Source of the DNA: a virus
Virus record (IMG/VR): IMGVR_UViG_3300033145_001595
Coordinates: 38,929-102,928 of that record
Length of the DNA stretch: 64,000 nucleotides
Strand: one strand, 5' to 3'
A model generated the notes under the pieces. The model was not told where the DNA came from. It did no database searches and saw only the letters and a list, made by a program, of their open reading frames with translations. Positions 29,719 to 39,592 of the stretch are shown here, piece by piece. How positions within the stretch are numbered: position 1 is the stretch's first letter; every line of letters begins with the position of its first letter. The position numbers were made by a program, and so were the translations under genes.

Positions 29719-31095
29719 CTACGATATTGTAACTGTTGCGGGACACGTAGTGCAATCCCCTGAGTCCAAAGAATATATGCCATCTGGACAATCACTATCT
29801 CCCCATGCTTCCATTTTCCAAACACATGATTCACCCAATGATCCAACTGTAAGAGTCCAATAACCACTAACACAATCAAGATCAGCATCACATGAGTCAT
29901 TACCACCAGTTCCCGCCCAATCACAACCAAACGTCCTATTCAATGTATATGAACCAGTACAATCTGCTATTCCACAATCTATAGTTCCTGTCAATGTAAA
30001 CGAGTACGATTCATTACAACCATCACACGTACCGGACGGGCAAGTAGGGGGCATTGGGGTTGTTGACGATGTTGACGATGTAGATGAACTACTTGAACTA
30101 CTCGTTGGGGAACTACTGGTACTGGATGAACTACTTGAACTTGAAGGTGAACTACTAGTACTGGATGAACTACTTGAACTCGTTGGAGAACTACTTGAAC
30201 TGGACGAACTAGTAGGAGAGCTACTAGAACTACTACTTGTGGGTGAACTACTAGTAGATGTTGAAGAACTTGGTGTAGAATTTGAACTGGATGATGATGG
30301 ACTAGAAGATGTGGACGAACTGCTTGAACTGCTCGTTGGAGAACTACTTGAACTGGATGAACTGCTACTACTCGTTGGAGAGCTACTTGAACTGGATGAA
30401 CTACTAGTACTCGTTGTACTGCTCGTTGTACTAGTGGATGAACTCGTACTTGATGAACTTGACGTGGTTGAAGTGGAACTACTGCTGGACGAACTCGTTG
30501 GTGAACTACTTGAACTAGACGAACTTGAAGGTGTACTACTAGAACTACTTGAACTCGAAGCAGAACTAGACGAACTACTACTACTTGACGAACTCGTTGG
30601 AGAACTACTAGTAGAGGACGATGAACTAGTAGTAGTAGTTGTCATACCAGTTACAAATGGACATGGCACTCCAATTGCATAATACACCCCATCTGGATAT
30701 ATGCCCTCTTCCCCTGGTTGAACTACTCCACCTGTAATGCGCAAATGCCCTGTACCAGTAAATGCAAACACAACATTGCAAACACCATCCACAGGAACAC
30801 CCAAAGACATATTAGTAATAATTGCACTACCTTCATATGCTGCTCCCGCTTCTGCCTCTAACATTATATCAGCAGCAACCCTACCGGGCGGTCCTACCAA
30901 TGCTATATTATCTAATCTACATAAAAATTGACCAGTAAATGATTTTAGACCGGGAATGTGGTACTTATAACTATTCGATACCCAATTAGTAGTTTCTAAT
31001 GCATCGGCGTTGTATTCCATACTCCATTCATGCACACCAGTTGTATAACCTGTTGTGAATATGACTCTTCCAGTTTTTCCAGATATAGTTGCCAT
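29719..31095 (-). CDS. Tail tube protein paralogue 3 with ~195-aa Ser/Thr/Pro tract and Cys-rich C-terminal domain
   Basis: Tube domain, SSSSPT repeats, then a domain of about 105 aa with about 12 Cys. Confidence 0.8.
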   Translation of the reverse strand: MATISGKTGRVIFTTGYTTGVHEWSMEYNADALETTNWVSNSYKYHIPGLKSFTGQFLCRLDNIALVGPPGRVAADIMLEAEAGAAYEGSAIITNMSLGVPVDGVCNVVFAFTGTGHLRITGGVVQPGEEGIYPDGVYYAIGVPCPFVTGMTTTTTSSSSSTSSSPTSSSSSSSSSSSASSSSSSSSTPSSSSSSSSSPTSSSSSSSTSTTSSSSSTSSSTSTTSSTTSTSSSSSSSSSPTSSSSSSSSSSSPTSSSSSSSTSSSPSSSSSNSTPSSSTSTSSSPTSSSSSSSPTSSSSSSSSPTSSSSSSSTSSSPSSSSSSSSTSSSPTSSSSSSSTSSTSSTTPMPPTCPSGTCDGCNESYSFTLTGTIDCGIADCTGSYTLNRTFGCDWAGTGGNDSCDADLDCVSGYWTLTVGSLGESCVWKMEAWGDSDCPDGIYSLDSGDCTTCPATVTIS

Positions 31096-31102
31096 TTGTT
31101 TA

Positions 31103-31525
31103 TCATGGTGCCGTTGTAGTAGTTACAGGCTGTAAAAGAAAATTATACTCAACAATGTAATGCCAATAATTATCCGCTTCTTTAGTTAAATATGAAATAT
31201 CTCTGCTTACTTCTATTGTAGTATAATCATTATTACGAAATAATACTGTACCCCTATCAAAAACTTTTGTTAGTGCAGCATACATAGCATAAACATCATC
31301 TGTACTACTATTTTTTGAAAATAAATCAAACTGCACAATTGCAGTTTCAAGCCGTCTATCCCAAGCAAATACCTCATCTGTATTTTCAGTTATAAATGTA
31401 AATGTTATAAACTTATTTGTAATTCCTTGACGTGCCCGTGCATTCCAAAAATTACCATCACATGAATTCCACAAATCTGATCCACGCCGACACTTATCAA
31501 GAATAGCTTGGGATAACTGTTGCAT
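31103..31525 (-). CDS. Tail terminator/completion protein
   Basis: Size and position, VQFDLFS and WHYIVEY pattern. Ends TTTTAP. Confidence 0.7.
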   Translation of the reverse strand: MQQLSQAILDKCRRGSDLWNSCDGNFWNARARQGITNKFITFTFITENTDEVFAWDRRLETAIVQFDLFSKNSSTDDVYAMYAALTKVFDRGTVLFRNNDYTTIEVSRDISYLTKEADNYWHYIVEYNFLLQPVTTTTAP

Positions 31526-31875
31526 TAATTAATACCACCATCATCAATAATCATACTTTGTAATTTAGTAATTGAACTAGTTTGTGACGTACTAATTGGA
31601 TGTACAGTAGATGCATGAGTTAAAATATAAATAGCCATTGACCCACATAAAGTACATAATGTAGCAATCATTATAGTTACAACCCATGAGGGCTTTCCAG
31701 CCTGTTGCAAAGTTAAAGCATTTAATTGTTTACCCTGTCTACTAATCATTTCTTTTATCTCTATAGTAGCTTCATGTTGATTAGCTACCATAATCCTTGT
31801 CTCTCTACCCCAAGCACAACCATTTGTATTCATATTAGTATTATCCTGTTGCTTTTGTATGGTTCGTCGCTCCAT
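31525..31875 (-). CDS. Small single-TM membrane protein (holin-like candidate)
   Basis: Coiled segment followed by hydrophobic WVVTIMIATLCTLCGSMAIYIL. Confidence 0.5.
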   Translation of the reverse strand: MERRTIQKQQDNTNMNTNGCAWGRETRIMVANQHEATIEIKEMISRQGKQLNALTLQQAGKPSWVVTIMIATLCTLCGSMAIYILTHASTVHPISTSQTSSITKLQSMIIDDGGIN

Positions 31876-31910
31876 AAAAATTCCTACTAACTATAACAAT
31901 AGAAAAAGAA

Positions 31911-32330
31911 TTACTCAACATACACAATAACAGTCCCTTGCATAGCATTTCCAGCAGCCGCAATTGTAAGAGTTAGTACACTATTAACTGTAATACCCTC
32001 AGAGGCTAATCTGTTATTTGCACCATCCACATACGTAGCATAGGGAAAGATTTGTTCTGTATTCACAGCACTTCTATTTGCCCCAAAACCCATTAAAACA
32101 TCAACACCCTCAGAATCGAGCAATGTAACGTCATAAAGAGGCGAAGGAACTGCTACGGTATCCGGCACGAACACTACTCTTACAACTCTACCAGAAATTG
32201 CATAATCAGATGCTACACTGACAACACCTAATGCTGTAGATGTCCACGCCCATTCCAAACGTGTAATAATAGTCTGATAAATAGAATCTAACGGTAAAGG
32301 ATTCCTAGAAACTGTTTCTGTTGCTGGCAT
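31911..32330 (-). CDS. Putative virion structural protein
   Basis: Within the neck gene block, with GGAG RBS. Confidence 0.55.
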   Translation of the reverse strand: MPATETVSRNPLPLDSIYQTIITRLEWAWTSTALGVVSVASDYAISGRVVRVVFVPDTVAVPSPLYDVTLLDSEGVDVLMGFGANRSAVNTEQIFPYATYVDGANNRLASEGITVNSVLTLTIAAAGNAMQGTVIVYVE

Positions 32331-32343
32331 TATTTATTCTCCA

Positions 32344-32778
32344 TTACATTACTGGTTTACCCATTATGCTTATAAGTTCATCTACAGATTCATAAAGACC
32401 AACTCGCATAAATGGTCTTGGTTCTGCATACATATGCCCAAATTCTAATTCTTTTGCATATTTTACAGAAGTTCCAACACTACTATAAATTATATCACCA
32501 AACTTTTTAGGTATTGTATAATCCATACTGGCATAAAGCTTTGCCTCTTTAATCGCCGGAGGTTCACCGGGTGCTGACGCTTGATACATTCCACCACTAT
32601 CAGTTACGTACCACCGACCTGTTTTTGGTAAATCAAACATACCTCTATAATGTGCTTGTAAAAAAACTGCCCCTTCAAGAACATTAGCTCTAATCTTATT
32701 TTCTATTTGTGCCGTTACTTTTGGCCCATACCAGCGCATATAGGTACTATTTGCACTTAAAGGGGAGTCAACAGCCAT
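32344..32778 (-). CDS. HK97 gp10-like neck/tail-completion protein
   Basis: ASAPGEPPA, YAKELEFG, PRPFMR. Confidence 0.8.
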   Translation of the reverse strand: MAVDSPLSANSTYMRWYGPKVTAQIENKIRANVLEGAVFLQAHYRGMFDLPKTGRWYVTDSGGMYQASAPGEPPAIKEAKLYASMDYTIPKKFGDIIYSSVGTSVKYAKELEFGHMYAEPRPFMRVGLYESVDELISIMGKPVM

Positions 32779-32781
32779 TAG

Positions 32782-33114
32782 TTACACCACCTCTTGCAAA
32801 TTTATTGTTAAAAATCTACCTAATTGGTCAATATTTCTAGAGTTCAATATATTAAATATAACTTCTCCCTGCACTACAACATATGAAGATGGAATTGGCT
32901 TTGTCTGTATATCACAATACATTACATGTGTACCATCTAATTGTATTTTGTTATGTGCTATAACCTCATCACCTTTTCTAGGTTGTATACAACAAGGCAC
33001 ATTAGCATAAACAACTTTTTGTTCATCATGCCAATTTCCATTATTATCATCTACACGTTCATATTTACAAATATTAACAACACTGCTGTAAAAATCTTGA
33101 ATACTCATGCCCAC
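32782..33114 (-). CDS. Head closure protein (SPP1 gp16-like)
   Basis: Size and position. D.NG.W, VPCCIQP, THVMYC. Confidence 0.7.
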   Translation of the reverse strand: MGMSIQDFYSSVVNICKYERVDDNNGNWHDEQKVVYANVPCCIQPRKGDEVIAHNKIQLDGTHVMYCDIQTKPIPSSYVVVQGEVIFNILNSRNIDQLGRFLTINLQEVV

Positions 33115-34247
33115 CCCAATCCATAATTACGCCACAAGGCTAAAGAAGATTCCATTTCCTTCTCCATGCTAACCAATCCGGCTGTTGCTCTTGACCAAGA
33201 ATGATCTCCTAACTTTTCAGATGATAAAGTTGGATCAGAATTAGACCTATGATAAGCTAAAGAAATTAGTTTTAGCACTTCTTCCTTCAAACCACCTGGA
33301 ACTAAAGCAACCGCATAGCCATACGTATAGTCAATAAGAATATTTTGCTTACCTCTTGTAAAAACACCAGTTGTAAGAGTTATCATTCCTGAAGCAGACT
33401 CTAAAATATAATTCGTTACAGAAGCACCAAATACTGCTAATGTGGCTGAATAAGATAAACAATAAAGTGCTTCTGTAGTTATTAAATCTGTAGGGGAATA
33501 ACTATCATATCCAGACGACACTGTAGCATTCCAATCAGTTAATGCATTAATAGCGTCATACAACTCAGTCAATGTAGCATAAGAAGCCAATGTAAGAGTA
33601 CTAGTAGTCGTGGTTGCCCCCGTCTCTGTTGTAAGCATTAATTCAGTGCTGCCTACTCTTACATAGGCTTCTGTGGCTGTGATGGAACTATTCCATACTG
33701 TAAATATCGCTGACCTTCCTATACAAATACGTGTGATTGTATTAACTGGCCTATTGTCAAGATATAAAGTACTTGTCCCGTCACCGTCATAAAGAGAAGA
33801 TAAAGTACCTTCTTCATATTGTATACCACAGTATCTATAAACATAGTCAGAAATTCTATTAATAAAAGCCATTATGCTATAGTTATCAACAATTTTTAAC
33901 ACTTGTTCATTATCACTACCAAGGCAATCCACAACCGGGGAAACCGCGAGGTCAATAGACAACGCAGCCCCGTCTGTAAGAGCTTCAGCAGTTATAGCAG
34001 CTACAGATGCATTTAAAACAGCTACTAATAATGTAATAGTAGGATAAACGCCAGCTTCCAATAACGAAAATGAATACGTTCCTGGATTAGCTCCACCTAT
34101 TATAACTATTTCAAGTATTTCTGCTTTTACTTGTACAGTTGCCGACGTAGGGCCTGCATCTACACTAAGACGCAGACCCCCTACAGACAGAGAACTATCA
34201 GTTACACCTAAATAACTTTTAGCCTCCGCCAGCGTAACTAGCGCCAT
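33105..34247 (-). CDS. Enlarged head-tail adaptor (gp6/gp15-like)
   Basis: MALVTLAEAKSYLG, RYCG, YDGDG, YTYGY...VPGGLK, SEKLGDHSWS, with two inserted domains. Confidence 0.75.
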   Translation of the reverse strand: MALVTLAEAKSYLGVTDSSLSVGGLRLSVDAGPTSATVQVKAEILEIVIIGGANPGTYSFSLLEAGVYPTITLLVAVLNASVAAITAEALTDGAALSIDLAVSPVVDCLGSDNEQVLKIVDNYSIMAFINRISDYVYRYCGIQYEEGTLSSLYDGDGTSTLYLDNRPVNTITRICIGRSAIFTVWNSSITATEAYVRVGSTELMLTTETGATTTTSTLTLASYATLTELYDAINALTDWNATVSSGYDSYSPTDLITTEALYCLSYSATLAVFGASVTNYILESASGMITLTTGVFTRGKQNILIDYTYGYAVALVPGGLKEEVLKLISLAYHRSNSDPTLSSEKLGDHSWSRATAGLVSMEKEMESSLALWRNYGLGWA

Positions 34248-34270
34248 AATAAGCTCCTTTCAAAACAATA

Positions 34271-35245
34271 TTAAGGAGCAGTTGACGTACTAGAACTAGA
34301 CGAACTCGTACTAGAACTCGTAGAACTAGACGAACTCGTAGAACTGGACGTACTCGTACTAGAACTCGTAGAACTAGACGAACTCGTAGAACTGGACGTA
34401 CTCGTACTAGAACTCGTAGAACTAGACGTACTAGAACTTGAACTCGTAGTCGTGGTAGTTGCACTAAACGACTGACCAGAATAGTTCCGCGACTTGTAAC
34501 ATCTAACAATATCCACACCAATGTTTCTAACAGCCTGCCCCGCCCTAGTCTGAACAGCAATATAAGGCGTAAGCAATGCAGCCGGTGCAACCGCAGATGC
34601 AATAGACCCACGATATGTACCATTAATATAGAAATCCACATTCCCACTACCATCAATCTCAATTCTCAATGCCTGATAGCCACCAGCGGCTACAGTATCA
34701 GTAAGATCAAGAGCCTGCGTAGTTCCGGCGTTATTTGCAAGTCCAGTAAGGTTAACGTTAGTAGCCCCGTCTGTATCAAATGCAATAACAACACCATTTG
34801 CACAATTAGCATTCGGAGTATCAGGATCAGCAAAAGCTAATCGCCTGCCCGGATACCACTGCTCATCAGCAAAGCCAGCTTCTATATGAACGGTAGTGAT
34901 AGCAGCCGGTGCGATAACGGCCTCAAACACGACCCTATCAGTTTCCATCCCACTATTACCCTCATCGCCACAGCGCCAGTTAAGCTGCTGTGACAACTGC
35001 ACAGTATCATCATCCGTATTACCAGTACGCAACTCATAAATACCATTATTCGCAACGCGTACTAACCCGCCACCAGTTCCATCGGCAAAAACATTCCATT
35101 CATCCTGTATCTGGTCGCCTAAAAAATCATCGTGTAACTGTACACCGAAAATTTCAATTCGACCACCATCTCTAGCATCAAGATGATTAGTATATTCCTG
35201 AATAAGAATGGAATTGGTCTGCCTAATTCCTTCATTCTTGGGCAT
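34271..35245 (-). CDS. Putative capsid decoration protein (beta-sandwich) with ~65-aa Ser/Thr tail
   Basis: Follows the capsid genes. HDDFLG...LRIEIDGSGNVDFYING, then an S/T tract ending STSTAP. Confidence 0.65.
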   Translation of the reverse strand: MPKNEGIRQTNSILIQEYTNHLDARDGGRIEIFGVQLHDDFLGDQIQDEWNVFADGTGGGLVRVANNGIYELRTGNTDDDTVQLSQQLNWRCGDEGNSGMETDRVVFEAVIAPAAITTVHIEAGFADEQWYPGRRLAFADPDTPNANCANGVVIAFDTDGATNVNLTGLANNAGTTQALDLTDTVAAGGYQALRIEIDGSGNVDFYINGTYRGSIASAVAPAALLTPYIAVQTRAGQAVRNIGVDIVRCYKSRNYSGQSFSATTTTTSSSSSTSSSTSSSTSTSSSTSSSSSTSSSTSTSSSTSSSSSTSSSTSSSSSSTSTAP

Positions 35246-35354
35246 TATACACTCCTAAAGCTAAGAAATAAAAATCATTGTCCTGTCCGCCCCCCGCCTC
35301 CCAATTCACAGAGACGGGGGGTAGGACCGCCTATACTAACTTACTGCTTGCACA

Positions 35355-35735
35355 TTAAGGCACAGGAGCAGTAACAGGCTCAGTACCCATATACAGAACA
35401 GCCCAATACGTATCTGCATTAGCAGCCGCACGAGTCCAGGTAATACGCAAATACCTATAAGTATTTGCCACATCAACCTGATACAAAGTACTAGCCGCTA
35501 AATTGGCATCCGTTACTTCAACTAACGTAGCCCACGTAGAATTATCATACGAATGCTCCAACGTGAAATCCGTAGCAACATCAGTACCAATAGTCTGACT
35601 AATGAGCAACCTACCATTACGACAAGTACGCATGTCAATAGCCGTAGTGCCCGCATTAGTAACACCAAGCACACCAGCACGGACAAGCTCCAACACCTTA
35701 CCATAACTTCCAAAATCCCTTGCACTGCCAGCCAT
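35355..35735 (-). CDS. Putative capsid decoration protein
   Basis: Directly after MCP. LEHSYDNSTW and YRYLRI pattern. Ends TEPVTAPVP. Confidence 0.6.
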   Translation of the reverse strand: MAGSARDFGSYGKVLELVRAGVLGVTNAGTTAIDMRTCRNGRLLISQTIGTDVATDFTLEHSYDNSTWATLVEVTDANLAASTLYQVDVANTYRYLRITWTRAAANADTYWAVLYMGTEPVTAPVP

Positions 35736-35774
35736 TTCATTTCTCCCTTACTTGACTTATATTAAATCCTACAC

Positions 35775-35818
35775 AAAAAGTAGGGGTATAAAGCTCAAAA
35801 CTTTAGCCGTATACCCCC
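35775..35818 (-). terminator. Intrinsic terminator/attenuator after the major capsid gene
   Basis: GGGGTATA...TATACCCC stem followed by TACTTTTT on the - strand. Confidence 0.6.
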
Positions 35819-35833
35819 GGCTCTAACTATTTA

Positions 35834-36940
35834 TTAAGGCAAGACGCCCCGAATAATATAAAAAGCATTCGGCTGCCTAACCATACAGTCAACCCGGCGC
35901 ACTGCACGAATTGCCGTTTCATCCGTATAGAAATGGATAGACGAATCTACATCCAAAACGATTCCCTTACCAGACTTCTCGCCAATACACAAATCATTCC
36001 AATTACCAAGAATGATATAACTACAATTTGCAGCCGACGTTCCATACGTCAAGTTAATGGGAACCTGAGTACTCTTAGCTACAGGTAAACCAAGCAACGT
36101 ATCCTGTTCACCCTTACTCAGATCACCAACATTATAAATATAAGCCCCGTCACCGTCCTTCAGCTTACGCAGCGTATTCTTAGTACGCGGATTCATAAGC
36201 CAACCGGAAGGCTCAGTATTCGCCGCCTCAATGGCATAAAGAGCATCCCACAGATCATCAAACACCGGAGTAGCACCGTTGCCACCACCAAGCGTAGTAT
36301 TAGGAACTGCCGGATCGTTGTAGATACCAAGAGGCTGCCCGCCACCAGTACCCTGAATGAACGCTAAATCTTCTGCAAGTGAAAGCACTCGCACAAGATC
36401 ATTCTTAACCAGTGCATCAACAGCCGGGGAGGCGTCCTCGATCATGTCGTTAGTCACCACACATACACCAGCAACCTCTTTCAACACTAACTGCTTCTGA
36501 CCAAGCGTCTGCTGTGAACGAGTCTTAGTATCACCCTCTGCAACCCAATACGCCGTTGCCGCCGCAGTCTGAGCGCGGAAGAACATCGTATTACCACTCA
36601 GGGGGTAAATACGCGGACCCATACTTCGCACAACAGCCTTAGCCTGTAACAAATCAATAATTTCCTGATTGTACTGAGGCGTAACTAAAAATCCACCAGC
36701 AGTACCAGTACCTACGTTAAGACCTAACTGCTTACTAATATTAAACTGTGCCTTTTCAACTTTAGCATCAGCCCAATTACCATTTTTAATACCACGCAGA
36801 TACTTAGAAATACTAAACTCTTCCTTATCTACATTCTTACTAACATCAAGAGAAGTACCACGAGACTTACGCACTACCTCCTCAAGAGGGCCAAACTTTG
36901 CATCCAATAAAGCCGTCACTTGCGCCTTCGTTAACTTCAT
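35834..36940 (-). CDS. Major capsid protein, HK97 fold
   Basis: AGGFLVTPQ...IIDLL, AYWVAEG, EDLAFIQGTG..QP.GI, LRKLKDGDGAYI, LLGLPV. AAGGAG RBS before the ATG at 36940. Confidence 0.93.
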   Translation of the reverse strand: MKLTKAQVTALLDAKFGPLEEVVRKSRGTSLDVSKNVDKEEFSISKYLRGIKNGNWADAKVEKAQFNISKQLGLNVGTGTAGGFLVTPQYNQEIIDLLQAKAVVRSMGPRIYPLSGNTMFFRAQTAAATAYWVAEGDTKTRSQQTLGQKQLVLKEVAGVCVVTNDMIEDASPAVDALVKNDLVRVLSLAEDLAFIQGTGGGQPLGIYNDPAVPNTTLGGGNGATPVFDDLWDALYAIEAANTEPSGWLMNPRTKNTLRKLKDGDGAYIYNVGDLSKGEQDTLLGLPVAKSTQVPINLTYGTSAANCSYIILGNWNDLCIGEKSGKGIVLDVDSSIHFYTDETAIRAVRRVDCMVRQPNAFYIIRGVLP

Positions 36941-37011
36941 TTGAAACTCCTTTATCGTAATTACCATTACTTTCTTGCTTGTAACTTCATACTCTTATTT
37001 ACTTAACTACC

Positions 37012-37617
37012 TCAAGACAATGCAGCAACACGCTCTGCAATCTTTTCAGCTAAATACTCCTCAGTAACTTCCTCATCATCATCCTTACCCGCCGTAGCCT
37101 TACTCACAAGCTCTGCCACCTGGGTTTCAAGTGCAATAAACTTCGTAATAAGCTCATCAACCCGATCATCCTTCTTAACATCATCCTTGACCAAATCTTT
37201 AGTAGCCTTAGCAACAGCATCTTCAATAAGAGCAACAACGTCAACATCCTTGCTCGTATCCTTGGTATCCTTGTCCTTTTTAACATCGTCAACCTTGGTA
37301 ATTACACCAAACGCTGCACGAGCGGATAAAGCACCAATAGCGGAAACAACAGCCGCCGGAAAATCGTCGCTATACTTCTTAAGTAACGTCAGCGTCTCAA
37401 CAAGCCCGGCTGCAACGTCCTTATCCATTTCCTTTGCCTTCTCTACAACAGTAGCATCCAACGTCATGCCAGTAAATTCCTCAACTAACTTTTTAAGCTC
37501 ATCCATGTCTTTTATTCCTAACATTGATTTAATAATTGCAAACCTTTTTAAGTTCGCTGGCTCATCTACTAAACTAACTTCGCTAATGAAAATATCTTTC
37601 ATAAACCTAATAGCCAT
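37012..37617 (-). CDS. Putative scaffold protein
   Basis: GGAG RBS before MAIRF. ISEVSLVDEPAN N-terminus, then a charged helical region. Lies between protease and MCP. Confidence 0.65.
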   Translation of the reverse strand: MAIRFMKDIFISEVSLVDEPANLKRFAIIKSMLGIKDMDELKKLVEEFTGMTLDATVVEKAKEMDKDVAAGLVETLTLLKKYSDDFPAAVVSAIGALSARAAFGVITKVDDVKKDKDTKDTSKDVDVVALIEDAVAKATKDLVKDDVKKDDRVDELITKFIALETQVAELVSKATAGKDDDEEVTEEYLAEKIAERVAALS

Positions 37618-37716
37618 TGAAACTCCAATCAGTTGCAATAAAAAAACGTGACACCTATTTTTGACAACAGGCGCCACGTTATTTCCACAACTGGCCCGGC
37701 TTCCAACATGCTTAAC

Positions 37717-37745
37717 AATATAGCACATATTAAGAAGCCGTGCAA
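37717..37745 (-). promoter_or_regulatory. Sigma70-like promoter for scaffold/capsid genes
   Basis: TTGCAC-N17-TATATT with TGn extension. Confidence 0.55.
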
Positions 37746-37793
37746 CTACAAATTATCAGATTTTTCAGATTGTCATAACTCCCTACTATGTTA

Positions 37794-39203
37794 TTAGTTA
37801 TCTGCTTTTGCTACCCCGCCCATAGAAAAACCTTTTATCTCACCATCCTTTATTGCCGTCCAAGCATTTTCATCACGCACCCTTACTGACATAAACCATG
37901 TACCCTTACGTACAATTTGACCACCAAGAGTAAAATCAGCCGGGGCTATGAAACTTTCTATAACCTTTGCTGCAATAGGTCTGTCTTGGTGCATCACTTT
38001 TATCTGCTGAGACGTTTCCATAAAGAAATGAGCAGCCTTTTCTATCTCTACTGCTGTGGCTGCATCTCCATGAGCATCTGCTACATTCGGTTCATAAATA
38101 ATACCACTAACTATATGCTGATCGACATCTGTCTTAAACACAGTAAAAGATTGTGAATTCTTTTTAAGTTCTTTTTCATCTGCATCAAGTAGTGTCTTTA
38201 TAGTATTATTTGCCATAAGATTATGATTTACATCTAAAATGCTCTTATGTGCTACAATCCACAATGCAGCACTCTTTACATCCCAACCATCCGTTATATG
38301 GAATCTAAGCCCCTGCAAAGAATAACATTTTTCCACTTTTTCGGAAGAATCTTCCTTTACCCCAATTATGCCAAACACACGCGGAACTTGCTGCACAAGA
38401 GCTATACGCTTAAATGTTTGGTTCTTAAAAATTTTGCCATCACGTACCCTAAAAGTAATAATTTTAGCATCTATATCAAATCCAGGTTTCGCTACACAGA
38501 CCCCGCCCATACTCTGCCAACTTGGAATAGACTTTTCTAACAAAGTTCCACAATCTGCACATTCTAACCAATCGGAATCAGCAATAAATGACATTCCACA
38601 ATTTTTACAATAAGTAGCTAACGCGGACATATCCTCATTAACCGGAACGGGCTGCACCATGCTCTTTTCCAAGGACATCCTAGGTACTAATTTCAAATCA
38701 AACAAAGGTAATATAGTTTCATTGTCATGTGCATGAATATCACCAAACTTTACATGTACCGGCTTGCTCAACTGCTTTGACAATACAATCTCTAATCGCT
38801 TCGCTAGTATACTAGAATTTTCCACATCCAAGGTATCAGAAATAAATATCTCACATATATCAGCTTCCCTTGGATTTGTTGCAAACACACCACCAACATA
38901 GATACAAGAATCCTTCATAATAACTTCTTCAAGCTGCGTAGGATCAAGACCATCCATCATCTTATGCCGGAGCAACGCTGAATCAAGGTCTGACCAATTT
39001 CCCTTCAAACCTCTTTTACCAATTTCTACTGTAAGATCAGAATACTTATCAAAAAGCTCTGTCCTAGTTAAACCCTCTAAAACAGTTTTAGAATTTGGCT
39101 TAAAATGTTTATTGTACACCTGAACAACACGTAACCGAAGATCGAACAAAGCATTATCAGCTAATCCAGTCAATGTGTTCTTTTGTATTTCCTCAATTCT
39201 CAT
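37794..39203 (-). CDS. XkdF-like prohead serine protease with long N-terminal extension
   Basis: C-terminal GIIYEPNVADAHGD, IEKAAHFFM, IESFIAP, GTW, GEIKGFSMGG. The N-terminal part has a CxxC...CxxC ribbon. Confidence 0.82.
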   Translation of the reverse strand: MRIEEIQKNTLTGLADNALFDLRLRVVQVYNKHFKPNSKTVLEGLTRTELFDKYSDLTVEIGKRGLKGNWSDLDSALLRHKMMDGLDPTQLEEVIMKDSCIYVGGVFATNPREADICEIFISDTLDVENSSILAKRLEIVLSKQLSKPVHVKFGDIHAHDNETILPLFDLKLVPRMSLEKSMVQPVPVNEDMSALATYCKNCGMSFIADSDWLECADCGTLLEKSIPSWQSMGGVCVAKPGFDIDAKIITFRVRDGKIFKNQTFKRIALVQQVPRVFGIIGVKEDSSEKVEKCYSLQGLRFHITDGWDVKSAALWIVAHKSILDVNHNLMANNTIKTLLDADEKELKKNSQSFTVFKTDVDQHIVSGIIYEPNVADAHGDAATAVEIEKAAHFFMETSQQIKVMHQDRPIAAKVIESFIAPADFTLGGQIVRKGTWFMSVRVRDENAWTAIKDGEIKGFSMGGVAKADN

Positions 39204-39217
39204 AGATCACTCCTTAT

Positions 39218-39592
39218 TTAACTACAAAATAGATAAGTCCCATCATTCCCACCAAACATACGTTTAAACTCAGTAACAAATTTAAGGCCATCCGTTGCTG
39301 GATATAACTGTCCTTCATCCTTAACATGAATACCCATTTCAAAAAATTGTAAATATGGTGCCCTCGATACTGTACTACTATTTAATCCCGCAGTTACTAT
39401 CATTTCAGTATTAGTTGTGTACACATGAAGCAAAGGTTTCTTGTGTACAAGAAGATTAGGAGAGTATGTATATAATGAAAATAATAAAACTAAATCAGTT
39501 AAATGACTAGACATAACATTTTTTACATATACCATTCTAAATACAATATTAGCAATTTTTTCTAATTCATCCAATTTTATATTTTTGGCCAT
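39218..39592 (-). CDS. Hypothetical protein
   Basis: ORF coupled within the head gene block. Confidence 0.55.
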   Translation of the reverse strand: MAKNIKLDELEKIANIVFRMVYVKNVMSSHLTDLVLLFSLYTYSPNLLVHKKPLLHVYTTNTEMIVTAGLNSSTVSRAPYLQFFEMGIHVKDEGQLYPATDGLKFVTEFKRMFGGNDGTYLFCS

